A stretch of DNA of 64,000 bases from Myxococcota bacterium. GTDB taxonomy: Bacteria; Myxococcota_A; UBA796; SXON01. Below, piece after piece: positions 51,572 to 60,992 of this stretch (its first letter is position 1; each line of letters starts with the position of its first letter). The DNA lies in contig JAZKFH010000032.1 in assembly GCA_040386535.1 (NCBI GenBank), positions 192,001-256,000 of the forward strand. The letters are read 5' to 3'. Made by a program: the position numbers and the translations under genes. A model generated the notes under the pieces. It worked only from the letters and a program-made list of their open reading frames with translations, had not been told where the DNA came from and searched no databases.

Positions 51572-52674
51572 TGTTCCCGTTGCTCCTCGCTTGTGTCCGA
51601 CCGGGCGCCGAGGACACCGACACGCCCGGCCCCGGCTCGGACGTCGTCACCTCGACCACGTACGAGGCGACCACCGACCGCGACGGCTACCTCACCATCC
51701 CGGTCGAGGTGACCGACGGCGCCGGCGTGTTCCAGGTCGTCGCCAAGCGCGGCCGCGGCATGCTCTCGACCGAGTATCTCTACGATCCTGAAGAGGAGCT
51801 GATCCTGGACTGGGAGGACTGGTACGACTCTAGCTTCTCGCTCACCGAGAGCTTCTTCCCCACCGAGTTCGCGACGACGTTCAACTGGCCCGTCCGCGCG
51901 GAGGACGGCCCCCTGGCCGAGGGTACCTACGAGGTGGTCATCTCCACCCTCGACGCCCAGGGCTACTACGCGGGCGGCGAGCGGGTGCAGGTCGAGGTGC
52001 TCACGCGCCGGGTGCCCGAGGCGGCACGCACGCTCCGGGCCGTCATCGCCTACGCGGACGGCGTGCGCGACGAGGCCGGCGTGGTCGAGGGCGTAGAGGC
52101 CTCCGCCGACTACTGGGTGGAGCTGTACGCGGCGGTCGGGATCACGCTGGAGGTCTCGTATGCGGACATCGACGTGGATGCGCAGCTGCCCGACACCTAC
52201 GAGGGGCTCTCGGAGGTGGCTGAGTTTCAGGAGGGGAGGGACGAGCGGAGCGTCTTGATGGTCGTCGGCGAGCGCATCGCGGACGATCGCTGGTTGTACG
52301 GCGAGGCCGGCGGCATCCCCGGCCCCTACGCCGCGGCGGATCACGGCGCCGTCTTCGTGTCCTGGCTCGCCAACGCGGGCGCGGACGGCGAGTTCCAGGA
52401 GGCCGACGTCCTCTTGTTTGGCGAGACCATGGCGCACGAGGTGGGGCACTACCTGGGCCTTTTCCACCCGGTCGAGGACGGGTTCGAGTACTGGGACGCG
52501 GTGTCGGACACGGAAGACTGCGCGTCGACCGGGGCGTGCGAGCGGGACCTGGGCGCCAACCTCATGTTCCCCTACCCCGTGTGCACGAGCGCCAGCGTCG
52601 GGTCGTGCGTGCGGCAGGACACCCTCACCGGCGGCCAGGCCGGGGTGTTGAGCGGGTGGGTGGGGGTCGAATGA
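51568..52674 (+). CDS. Zinc metalloprotease lipoprotein (M43/metzincin-like)
   Basis: Lipobox LLAC; HEVGHYLGLFH; NLM Met-turn. Confidence 0.85.
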   Translation: MMFPLLLACVRPGAEDTDTPGPGSDVVTSTTYEATTDRDGYLTIPVEVTDGAGVFQVVAKRGRGMLSTEYLYDPEEELILDWEDWYDSSFSLTESFFPTEFATTFNWPVRAEDGPLAEGTYEVVISTLDAQGYYAGGERVQVEVLTRRVPEAARTLRAVIAYADGVRDEAGVVEGVEASADYWVELYAAVGITLEVSYADIDVDAQLPDTYEGLSEVAEFQEGRDERSVLMVVGERIADDRWLYGEAGGIPGPYAAADHGAVFVSWLANAGADGEFQEADVLLFGETMAHEVGHYLGLFHPVEDGFEYWDAVSDTEDCASTGACERDLGANLMFPYPVCTSASVGSCVRQDTLTGGQAGVLSGWVGVE

Positions 52675-52687
52675 TGTGGAGGGTGCA

Positions 52688-53113
52688 ATGTTGATCGCGC
52701 TGGTCGGGATGGCGTTCGCGGGTGGCGCTTACGACGTGCTGAAGCTTCGGGACGGGGGATCGTGCTTGGAGTTGGGGACCGGGCCTGCGGTGCGGGACGA
52801 GCTCATCGCGCTCGCGGAGGGCGACGTGTTGCCCTACGTGTCGATTCGGGCGGCGGACTGCCTGGTTGCCGGATTTTCGGGGGATGCGGTGGTGGTCGAC
52901 GCTGCGGCGCGCTGGGTGGCTGATCCTGGGCTCTCAGGACTGGGCATCGTGGTCGCTGGGTCTGTGGACTCGTTTTCGGTTTCGGATGGGGTCGTGCTTG
53001 CGCAGGCGGCGCTGGGGGGGGATGACCCCGGGATGCGCGCTCGGATGATCCGGCGTTTTGCGCGGAGTGAGCGAATCGAGGTTCGGAAAGTGGTTGACGG
53101 GGTGAAGCCGTAG
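52688..53113 (+). CDS. Secreted hypothetical protein
   Basis: GGAGG RBS, short signal peptide. Confidence 0.55.
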   Translation: MLIALVGMAFAGGAYDVLKLRDGGSCLELGTGPAVRDELIALAEGDVLPYVSIRAADCLVAGFSGDAVVVDAAARWVADPGLSGLGIVVAGSVDSFSVSDGVVLAQAALGGDDPGMRARMIRRFARSERIEVRKVVDGVKP

Positions 53114-53122
53114 GGGTACATG
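53094..53122 (+). promoter_or_regulatory. Putative promoter of tRNA-Asn (TTGACG-N17-TACATG)
   Basis: -35 match; -10 element identical to the one upstream of tRNA-Gly. Confidence 0.45.
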
Positions 53123-53132
53123 GCTCCCGCAT

Positions 53133-53209
53133 TCCCGCTTAGCTCAGTTGGTTAGAGCATCGGACTGTTAATCCGGGGGTCGGTGGTTCAAGTCCACCAG
53201 CGGGAGCCA
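53133..53209 (+). tRNA. tRNA-Asn (GTT)
   Basis: Acceptor TCCCGCT/AGCGGGA, anticodon arm TCGGA-CTGTTAA-TCCGG, T arm GGTGG-TTCAAGT-CCACC, CCA end. Confidence 0.96.
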
Positions 53210-53468
53210 TCTTTCCAAATCGAACAGTTATCAGCCTTCCACCGTATTTGTTCAATTCAAGCAGCACCCGACCGCTGCTTGATCGGAAGCACGGAAATCC
53301 CGACGGGCGGCAGGGCAAAGCTCGATTCTCCCGGGTTCGAACACACCCCATCCGGTAAGGAGTCGCGCGCCCCGAACTCGGGCGATAGGCCGCCTCGGTC
53401 GCTCCCTTCCCCGGCATCCAGGACCGGACGCGCCTGGCGATCATCAACGGTGCCCACGATGCGCCGAC

Positions 53469-53710
53469 GTGCTCGCCTGCGAGACAGCCCTCGAGGAGAG
53501 CTTCGACCACGTCCTACACGTCGGGCACTTCGGGATCTGGCCGCCCCCGAGCGCCTTGACCGTGCGACCCGAGCCCATAACGGCGCCGGCGACTTCCCGC
53601 GCTGGTCCGCCGCCCGCACGTCCGCGCCCCGCCCCACGCTTTCAGCTCCGGGAACCACGAGGACTTCAGTTCCTGGCAAGCCTCCGGGAGGACGAGGCGC
53701 TGCCACTCTC
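53469..53710 (+). pseudogene. Frameshifted metallophosphoesterase remnant
   Basis: VLHVGHFGIWP, DRATRAHNGAGDFPRW and GNHEDF motifs occur in order but in three different frames. Confidence 0.65.
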
Positions 53711-54179
53711 CAGCCGCCCCCATCAGGAGCGCGTCGATATCGACGTGTCAGCGGTGCGGTCGGTCTCAACGCGGTCAGCCGCCCTGGGAACGTCGTCGCG
53801 TCCGACCCGCCGGAGCTTCCGGGACGCCGTCCGCCAGCGTCTCCGGACACCACGGCAACCGCCACGCAGCCCGCGGGGGGCATAATGCCCTCATGCCCTC
53901 CCGGTTGCCCTGCACACACCCACAGGCCGACAAGGCAGAGTTCTACCGCGAAGTCCTGGCGACGTTCCGAGACGGCGGTTCGCGCCTACAAACCCACCTG
54001 GTCCAGCCGCGGTGGTGAGGCAGCTCCCCCGCGCCTGCGGCCAGACCGTAGGCTGCGCCGTCTCCCTTGAGAATCTCGCCTTTCTCGGCGTCATCGCCAC
54101 ACCGTCGCGATGCGAAGTACCACCGCGTGGAGTAGGCGTCGCGGGAGCGGTCATCCCGCGATCCGCGCGACGGAGCACG

Positions 54180-55772
54180 GTGTTCCTCCTCGGCGCGCTG
54201 CTCCTCGCCGGGCCCGGCTGTCCGCACCCCGCGCCCCCCGACACCGCGCCGCACACTCCCTCAGCCGGGCTCGGCCCACCCGACGCCTTCGGCGTCCGCG
54301 CCCGGCCCGACAACGTGCTCGTGCCGCGGGCCTCGCTCGTGCACAGACAGGGGCCGGACACCTTCCTCCTCGTCGACGGTGCGCTCTGGCTCCATCGCGA
54401 CCGGACGGGCCTCCTCGGCGCGATGGGCCTCCGGCGGGGCGATACCCTCCTCACCTGCGCCGGCGAGGAGGTTGCCGACGTCCTGGCGGCCGACGCCTGC
54501 TTCGCCCGCTTCTTCACCGACGACGCGGTGCGGCTCCAAGTGCAGCGCAACGCCACGCCGCGCACCCTTTACCTCGTCTTCGACGGGCCGCCGATCCCCG
54601 CGCCGCGCCGCGCGCTCGCCGCGCTCGACACCGAGCCGGTGCCCATTGTCGAGCGTCCGCCCGACCGGGAAAGCCTCGCGGTCGCCTACGGTCTCGTCCG
54701 CGCCGGCACCAGCGCCCGCATGCCCCGCGGGGCGCTCGTCCGGCTCCTCGACGACGGCGTCCACGTTCGGCCCCTCCGCGCCGAGGGCGCCATCGTGGCC
54801 TACGAGGTCGAGAGCCCCGTCCTCGCCGCGCTGGGTTGGACGGGCGCGACGTCGCGCGTGGACGAGCTGGCACTCACCTCCGACGAAGCCGTGGCCGACG
54901 CGCTCGCACGACTGTTCTCGGCGGACCGGGTGCTCGTCACCCCGACGGACGGGGGTGCGCCGCTGACGATCACCCTCGAGGGCTCGCCCACTGCCCCCCC
55001 GGCGCTCTGGAAACCCCGCGTCGTGGTGGACGCCCGGGAACGACGGAGCCGCGACGGCGTGCGGATCGACGGGGCGCACAGATACGTGCCGCGCGCGGCG
55101 CTTACGTCCCTCGACGCGATCGCGCGCGACGAATCGCCCCGCCGGGGCGGCCCTCCCGAGGACGTGCCCGGACCGGTCACGGTGTACCGCGCGCTCGGCG
55201 GGACCGTGGCCGACCTCCTCGACCTCCCCTGGGACGCGCCCCTGGAGCGGATGGACGGAGTGGCGGTGTACGGCGCCACGAGCCTCACGGCGCTCCGTCG
55301 TCGGCTGCTCACCGGCGCGGAGGTCAGTATAGAGCTCGGCGGGGCCACGCCGAAGCGCGTGCTCGTCCATGTGGAGGGCGAGCCGGTTGTCCTCCCCGAC
55401 GACTGGCCCGCCCGCCGCCGCGGTGCGCCCGAGCTCGCCCCGGACCCGCTCGACGAACACTTCGTCCGTGACGGGGACACGGTGCGAACGAGCCGCCTCG
55501 CGCTCCGGAGCGTGTTCTCGGACCCCTTGTCCGGCCACCCGCACCAGGACGGCGTCCGCCTTGCTCCCAACGTGCTCTGGGGCGCGCTGGACGTGCCTAT
55601 CCCCGCGGTCCTGACGGCGGTGGACGGCACTCCTGCGACGGACCCCACAGCCCTCGAGGACCTCGGCACGCGCCTCTGCACGGCGCCGCGGGTCACCCTG
55701 ACCCTCGTCGTCCGCGGCGAGGTGTTCCAGCGTGTCGTGGTGATCGACGGCCCGCCAGCGACGCCGCCGTGA
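54180..55772 (+). CDS. Probable lipoprotein with four tandem GspC-C-terminal/PDZ-like modules; start uncertain
   Basis: LLAGPGC; four modules starting GV/L-x6-8-(P/S)RxxL; first module has LGAMGLRRGDTLL. Confidence 0.55.
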   Translation: MFLLGALLLAGPGCPHPAPPDTAPHTPSAGLGPPDAFGVRARPDNVLVPRASLVHRQGPDTFLLVDGALWLHRDRTGLLGAMGLRRGDTLLTCAGEEVADVLAADACFARFFTDDAVRLQVQRNATPRTLYLVFDGPPIPAPRRALAALDTEPVPIVERPPDRESLAVAYGLVRAGTSARMPRGALVRLLDDGVHVRPLRAEGAIVAYEVESPVLAALGWTGATSRVDELALTSDEAVADALARLFSADRVLVTPTDGGAPLTITLEGSPTAPPALWKPRVVVDARERRSRDGVRIDGAHRYVPRAALTSLDAIARDESPRRGGPPEDVPGPVTVYRALGGTVADLLDLPWDAPLERMDGVAVYGATSLTALRRRLLTGAEVSIELGGATPKRVLVHVEGEPVVLPDDWPARRRGAPELAPDPLDEHFVRDGDTVRTSRLALRSVFSDPLSGHPHQDGVRLAPNVLWGALDVPIPAVLTAVDGTPATDPTALEDLGTRLCTAPRVTLTLVVRGEVFQRVVVIDGPPATPP

Positions 55773-56236
55773 AGGGATCCGGTCCCCGGGGCGTGGGCTG
55801 CTACCTCGTCTGGCGGAGAGGCCCCCTCGCGCTCCGGATCCTGGCCTCCACGCTGGGCGCGGTCGCGGCAGGCCTCGTGGCCGCGCGCCTGCTTCAGCCC
55901 CTCTCGCTACGACTGACCCTCGCGGGGTTGGCGGTCCTCGCCATCGCGACCACCGCGGCCCTCTGGCGCGCCTGGCGACACGCGCGCACCACCGTCCGTG
56001 CCGTGGTCGGCCCCGCGGGGCTCTCGCTCGAGCCGGTGCGCGGCGGCCCGCCGTACACTTGGCGATGGGGCGAGGTGCGACTCGTCCGCACGCGTGACGA
56101 CGACGACGGCACCCTCACCCTGACGGCCACACGAACCGGCACGTTGCTCCTGAGCCACGACGGCACCACGCCCCTCGACGTGCTCGTTCAGGCCATCCGC
56201 GCGCACGGAGGGCATGTGGAGGAGGATCTCAGTTGA
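55769..56236 (+). CDS. Hypothetical two-TM protein
   Basis: GTGA overlap with the upstream gene; two TMs then a PH-like beta region. Confidence 0.55.
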   Translation: MKGSGPRGVGCYLVWRRGPLALRILASTLGAVAAGLVAARLLQPLSLRLTLAGLAVLAIATTAALWRAWRHARTTVRAVVGPAGLSLEPVRGGPPYTWRWGEVRLVRTRDDDDGTLTLTATRTGTLLLSHDGTTPLDVLVQAIRAHGGHVEEDLS

Positions 56237-57425
56237 ACGGCGCGTAGAAATCCGGCGCGGCGGCACCAGCCCCCGCGATCGTCGCCTCCGCCGCGGTCAT
56301 CTGCGCGTCCACCGTGGCGGCGGCAGCGGCGAACTTGGCGAGCCCCTCCGCCTGAGCGGCGATCGCCTCCTTGTTTTCCTGGTAGAACGCCATGTCCGCT
56401 CCGTACTGGTCACGCACGGCGCGGGCGTGCTCCGCGAGATCCACCATGAGCGCGTAGTCCTTTACAGTCGGTCCCAGGTCCACGATGAGCTGGCACGTGT
56501 TCACCAGCATGGCGAGCTCGCCCCAAGCCATCGCGAACGGGTCGGTCCCCGCGAGCAGCCGCGTGTACTCGCTGACGGCCGCAAACCCGACCGACTTCAC
56601 GGCCTTCACGGTCGCCCACGGGCTCTTGGGCTCGGTCGTGACGGCGAGCAGTGCGTTGCCCAGGGTCCATACCCGCTTCAGATTGCCCTTCGCCTTCAGC
56701 GTCTTGTCCAGCGGGCCCATCAGCATCGACGCGGACTGCTTGAGGACCGCATTGCGGTTGGCCTCGAAGCTCTCCTTTCGGTCCTCGAACAAAGTACAGA
56801 GGAGCTCGAGCTGGCGGTATCCCGACTCGGAACGAATCCGGAGCCCGTCCAGCGCCCCGGCGCCAATCTGGGCGAACACCGCCAGCCCCGCCAGCAGCGG
56901 CTCCACCGACTTTGCGTCCAGGAGCTGCTCCACCGCCGTAAGCACTTCGATCGCGGCCTCCGCGCGCCCCTGCACCACGAGGACCTGCACTTCCAGTAAC
57001 GCCGACCAGGTGAGCTCCCCGCTCTCGTCCCGCTCGGCGGAGGCCAGGAGCGCGACCCCCTTGTCGTTGAGGAGCCCGTTGAGGTTCAGGGCACCATCCG
57101 CGTGCCGACAGTAGGTCGCCTCCAGTTCGGGATCGCGGAGCTCCGAGAGGCGCGCGGCGACCCTCCCCACGTGCCGCGTGATGTCCGACATCAGCGCGTC
57201 GACGTCTTCCTGCGCACCCTCTCCGAGCACCTCGTCCAAGGTGACGTCGAGCCCGCACGCCTCGTCGCCAAGGGCGCAGTCGGGGGGAGCCGCAGGGAGC
57301 CGCCCCTGCATCACCTGGTTCGAGCGCGCCGCCGACGCGCGCTGTGGAGCGGCCGCCTCCTGCCCCACCGACGCCTCGACGGCGGGCGCCACGGCGGCTC
57401 CCCGCGGCGCGTACGATCGACCCAT
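56229..57425 (-). CDS. Hypothetical helical protein with disordered leader; candidate toxin/effector trunk
   Basis: 398-aa ORF, RBS GAAGGTG; contains LDGLRIRSESG, which is repeated at 60755-60784. Confidence 0.65.
   Translation of the reverse strand: MGRSYAPRGAAVAPAVEASVGQEAAAPQRASAARSNQVMQGRLPAAPPDCALGDEACGLDVTLDEVLGEGAQEDVDALMSDITRHVGRVAARLSELRDPELEATYCRHADGALNLNGLLNDKGVALLASAERDESGELTWSALLEVQVLVVQGRAEAAIEVLTAVEQLLDAKSVEPLLAGLAVFAQIGAGALDGLRIRSESGYRQLELLCTLFEDRKESFEANRNAVLKQSASMLMGPLDKTLKAKGNLKRVWTLGNALLAVTTEPKSPWATVKAVKSVGFAAVSEYTRLLAGTDPFAMAWGELAMLVNTCQLIVDLGPTVKDYALMVDLAEHARAVRDQYGADMAFYQENKEAIAAQAEGLAKFAAAAATVDAQMTAAEATIAGAGAAAPDFYAPFN
56824..56853. repeat. 30-bp direct repeat, copy 1
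   Basis: GACTCGGAACGAATCCGGAGCCCGTCCAGC, identical to 60755-60784. Confidence 0.95.
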
Positions 57426-57768
57426 TCATCACCTTCCACTTGGTTGGATCCCCATCCTACCAGACGCGCAATCGCAACACCTGCACTCGCGACGATTTAG
57501 AGGGACGCGGGGTCTCCACCCTGGTGGAGGCCCCGGCTTGACCTGGCTCCTCGCGCAAGCTCCGCCCGCAGAAGTGCACGCGCCAGCACCGGACGTGCCC
57601 GAGGCGGTGAAGGTGTCCCGCTCATTCCCTTCTACTCGCAGGCAGCGCCCGCCCGACAGGAGGGCGGCAGGCCTTCACGTCCCGGTAGTCGACCCAAAGC
57701 GCAACTTCAACAGGCTTCTTGCGAGTTCGAGCGCGCCGCTCATTCGCGGTGACTGGGCCCTCCGCCCC

Positions 57769-58671
57769 TCACTCACTCCACGGCCCCCCGGCGGGCCACG
57801 CGGCCCCGAGCACGGGCGCGTGGGCCGATCCGACCGGCCAGAGAAACTCCATGTTTACCTTGACGACGTCGTCGAGCGAGACGCTGCCGGACACGCGAGC
57901 CTTCCTGGCGAACGCCTGCCACTGGACGGCCTTCCCGGCGTCGGCGGCGAACTCCTGGGTCAGGGCGACCGGCGGCTCGGAGGGCAGCGGCGTTTCGCGA
58001 CGCTGGAAAGTGGCGCGGATCGCGGCGGCGAGGCGATCGCCGTCGAACGCGAACGTCATCGCGAGGTACCACACGTCGTAGAAGTCCTTCATCCGGCTGT
58101 TGGTGATCCCGAGGGTCGCCATCGCGGCGTACTTTTCCGCGATGGCCACCTCTCGCGGGTAGGCGCGCATCGCCGTGACGGGCAGGCCGGCGAGCAGGCA
58201 GGGCACAGTCGTGCGCTCGGGCGCCGGCAGGACGGAGTCGCCAAACCCGACGTCCACCTGCATGTTCAGCCGGGCGTTCGCCAGCTTGCCCCGGATGAGG
58301 ATGCGGATCCCCCCGTAGTGGATCTCTTTGCGGATCGACTCGCTGCGGACGGAGGACGGGTCAAACACGAGTCCATCCTCGGGGATCTCGATGGCGGCGA
58401 CCTCGCGGAACACCGCTTCCATGTGCTCTGCCGACGCATCGCCGTAGCCGAGCAGATCGATGTCCTTCGTCGCGCGGTGCGGCTTTCCCGTCCAGATGGT
58501 GAAGAGCGTCGCGCCCTTGAGCACGAACTGGTCCGCGTGCGGCGATCGGGCCAGGCGGCACAGGAGCCGCTCGTTCGCGTACTCGTCGAGGAGGGTCTGG
58601 AAGTCACCGCCGCGCGTAGCGATGAGGTTGGCGAGCCGGGCACGGACGGATGCCGCCGAGTTCGTGGTCAT
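57769..58671 (-). CDS. abiEii: Type IV TA toxin, AbiEii nucleotidyltransferase
   Basis: ERLLCRL, FVLKGATL, RATKDIDL, DVGFGD, AEK, NSRMKDFYD. Confidence 0.92.
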   Translation of the reverse strand: MTTNSAASVRARLANLIATRGGDFQTLLDEYANERLLCRLARSPHADQFVLKGATLFTIWTGKPHRATKDIDLLGYGDASAEHMEAVFREVAAIEIPEDGLVFDPSSVRSESIRKEIHYGGIRILIRGKLANARLNMQVDVGFGDSVLPAPERTTVPCLLAGLPVTAMRAYPREVAIAEKYAAMATLGITNSRMKDFYDVWYLAMTFAFDGDRLAAAIRATFQRRETPLPSEPPVALTQEFAADAGKAVQWQAFARKARVSGSVSLDDVVKVNMEFLWPVGSAHAPVLGAAWPAGGPWSE

Positions 58672-59279
58672 GACAGGGCCTCGAGGTACGGGCGGAGTAC
58701 GGACCAGACGCGGACGCGGCGTGCGCAACGCCAGAGTTCATCCCTGCACGACGGCTGACGCCGCAGGAGGTCGCGAAGGGCCTCAAGGGCGACATCCAGC
58801 CCCACGGCCGAGCGGTGGCGGAAGCACTCGGCGACCGTCCGTATTGCGCTGTACACGCGCACGTGCACGCCCTCGACGACGTGCTCCTCTATGTCCGCGC
58901 CGTACAGCGCCGGGGACGCGGTGATGACGCGCAGCCGGGTGCTGCCGACCGAGGCGGGCCGCCATGCTTCCCGAGGGAGCATCACCCACACCTCGCTGGG
59001 GTTCTGCGTCGTGAGTTCGTGGTACCGAAGCGCGGACAGCAGGCAGACCACCGCGGCGGGCACCCGGCGGGAGACCTCCGCGAGCGTGTGATGCTCGGTC
59101 AGCTCGGCGTCGGGATGCGTGTAGGTGCCGCGGCCTGTCTGGATGAGAAGGCCGCGGTGGACGAGTCGGGAGAGGTAGGCACGCGGGATCGCGGCCTCGT
59201 CCAGGTCGGACGCACGGATGACCCCGCGCTCTCGGGCGAGGGCGAGGAGCTGGTCGACCTTCGTGCTCGCGTGGGCCAT
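58668..59279 (-). CDS. abiEi: Type IV TA antitoxin AbiEi (wHTH)
   Basis: LSRL...GRGTY, CLLSALRYHELTTQNP, VYSAIRTVAECF, PYLEAL; ATGA overlap with abiEii. Confidence 0.9.
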   Translation of the reverse strand: MAHASTKVDQLLALARERGVIRASDLDEAAIPRAYLSRLVHRGLLIQTGRGTYTHPDAELTEHHTLAEVSRRVPAAVVCLLSALRYHELTTQNPSEVWVMLPREAWRPASVGSTRLRVITASPALYGADIEEHVVEGVHVRVYSAIRTVAECFRHRSAVGLDVALEALRDLLRRQPSCRDELWRCARRVRVWSVLRPYLEALS

Positions 59280-59893
59280 GATACGAAAGCTTATCACATC
59301 GACGACACTATGGATGATTCGTATCCATCGGCTGGCTACGGTCCCGCCACGACTGACTCTATGTAGAGAGGATTCGTATCATGAATGGTTCGCACTCTCC
59401 ATGGGGCCTACACCGACCCGTCCCCGCATAGACGCGTGCGACCGGCAAGCCGGTGCCCGGGCTGCGTCGCCCCTTTGGCCCGTGAGGAGGAGCGGCTTGT
59501 GCTGGAGAGCCACGAGACGGCGGTAGTGGGGGATGCGGCCGTCGAGGCTCGGGTGGACCTGCCACCGGTGGTCGGGCCGCTCCGGCTGAACGGCCGCGAC
59601 GGAGCCAGGCGGGCCGCTGCCCCTGGTCTCTGGCCTGAGCCGTACAATTCAAGCGCCGTCCCCCAAACGGTCCAACCTCCCATATCTCGAAGCTACCCCT
59701 GCTTGATCAAGTTCGAACCGCCCCGTTCAGCCCACCCTCGCCTCGCGCGCGCCGTCGGGGAAGACCACGGGGAAGATCTCCATTTGTACCCGTTCTTCCT
59801 CATCCGGGGACGGCAAGAAAGCCGGCGTTCCCCCACGTAGCCCCGTCCGCCCCACGGACGACCCCTACTTGATGGAATCGCCGGCTTTCCTCG

Positions 59894-60370
59894 TTACAGC
59901 GCCTTCTCGGCTCGTTCCGCCGCATTCAAGCGAGCCGCCAGCTGCATCAGCGAATCGCCTGCGCTTCTATGAGTCCCCCGCCGCCCGGGCGCGGACCACC
60001 TCGGCCGCGGACGAAGCGCGGGCCAGGCCTGGGGCGCGGTCGCCTCGACGAAGTCGAACAGGTCCGCGAGGAGCGCGTCCATCTCGGCGCGGCTGAGCAC
60101 CACCGAGGCGTCCCGGAAGGTCCCGGTGACGAGGACTCCCTCGAAGGGCTCGTCGTCCGGGTCCCGGTCGTCGTGGTAGCCGCTGTGGGCAGGCTCGTGG
60201 CCAAAACCTACCTGCCGCGCGGCGCAATCCGCGAGGACGGGCAGGCGTGACCACGTCAACATTCCCAGCCAATCCTCGAGGATCTCCGCGCCTTCCCCCG
60301 AGGTGGACACCGCGCACACGCGGCTCGGGTAGGTCGAGGGCGAGAAGCGGACACGAGATTGGCGAGTCAT
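59894..60370 (-). CDS. Putative CdiI-type ribonuclease-toxin immunity protein
   Basis: GFG-x-E...DxDPDDEPFEGV...VVLSRAEM pattern resembles EndoU-toxin immunity proteins; ATGA-coupled to the toxin remnant. Confidence 0.6.
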   Translation of the reverse strand: MTRQSRVRFSPSTYPSRVCAVSTSGEGAEILEDWLGMLTWSRLPVLADCAARQVGFGHEPAHSGYHDDRDPDDEPFEGVLVTGTFRDASVVLSRAEMDALLADLFDFVEATAPQAWPALRPRPRWSAPGRRGTHRSAGDSLMQLAARLNAAERAEKAL

Positions 60371-60784
60371 TCCGGGCGCCTACAGGACGGGAGTCGATCT
60401 GGTCGTTGCGGAAGAAGACCTCCCAGTTGTAGCCTCCCGCGGTCACTGGCGGGCCTCCACCCGGGGCCTTGGGGAACGTCATGTTCTTGATCAGGCCGTC
60501 CAACGCCGTCGTGAGGTCCGCTTCCAACCCGGACCACCGTGTCGCGAGATTCCTGCAGTGTCGTCTTGGTGTGGACGGCGGGCTTCGGATCGCTGCCGTC
60601 GACCGTCATCAGGGAGTAGCTGAACTCCGTGAGATCGCCCGAGGGGTTCTGGCTGTGGATGTGCACCCTGGGGGGCACGGTGTGGACGCAGGTGGCGAGG
60701 AAGTTCGCGGTGTCGTGGCACCCGCTGATCTTGTGGTTCTTCACCCCGTGTCCTGACTCGGAACGAATCCGGAGCCCGTCCAGC
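60367..60784 (-). pseudogene. Orphan EndoU-like toxin C-terminus with two compensating frameshifts
   Basis: KISGCHDTANF...YSL...HTKT, then the high-GC3 frame shifts to ...GGYNWEVFFRNDQIDS. Confidence 0.55.
60755..60784. repeat. 30-bp direct repeat, copy 2
   Basis: Identical to 56824-56853; 37 bp with 2 mismatches if flanks are included. Confidence 0.95.
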
Positions 60785-60992
60785 TCCTTCCCCAAAACGT
60801 GAACCTCCCCGTGAACCCCGCACGGTGCAGACGAGTACCGGCTCTCCGACGAGGAAAGCAAGCATGCTCGCGCCTCCATCGTACAACCGGCCGCGGTAGG
60901 CCCAGCCACGCGGCCAGCCCGCTCTCGAAGCGGATGCGCGTTAGGTCGCCCTTGCCCTCGCCGTCATGCGACGCGCGGTTCGCCGGATCGCG

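Noticed and set aside
53311..53350. c-di-GMP riboswitch (CAGGGCAAA) or tRNA fragment (GGGTTCGAA)
   Set aside because: No GAAA tetraloop/receptor pairing and no cloverleaf
57509..57726. Possible ncRNA (hairpin GGGGTCTCCACC-CT-GGTGGAGGCCCC and other stems)
   Set aside because: Stems are common at this GC content, and I recognise no family features
59385..59840. 151-aa ORF upstream of abiEi
   Set aside because: Only a short middle part looks coding; no motif; probably debris
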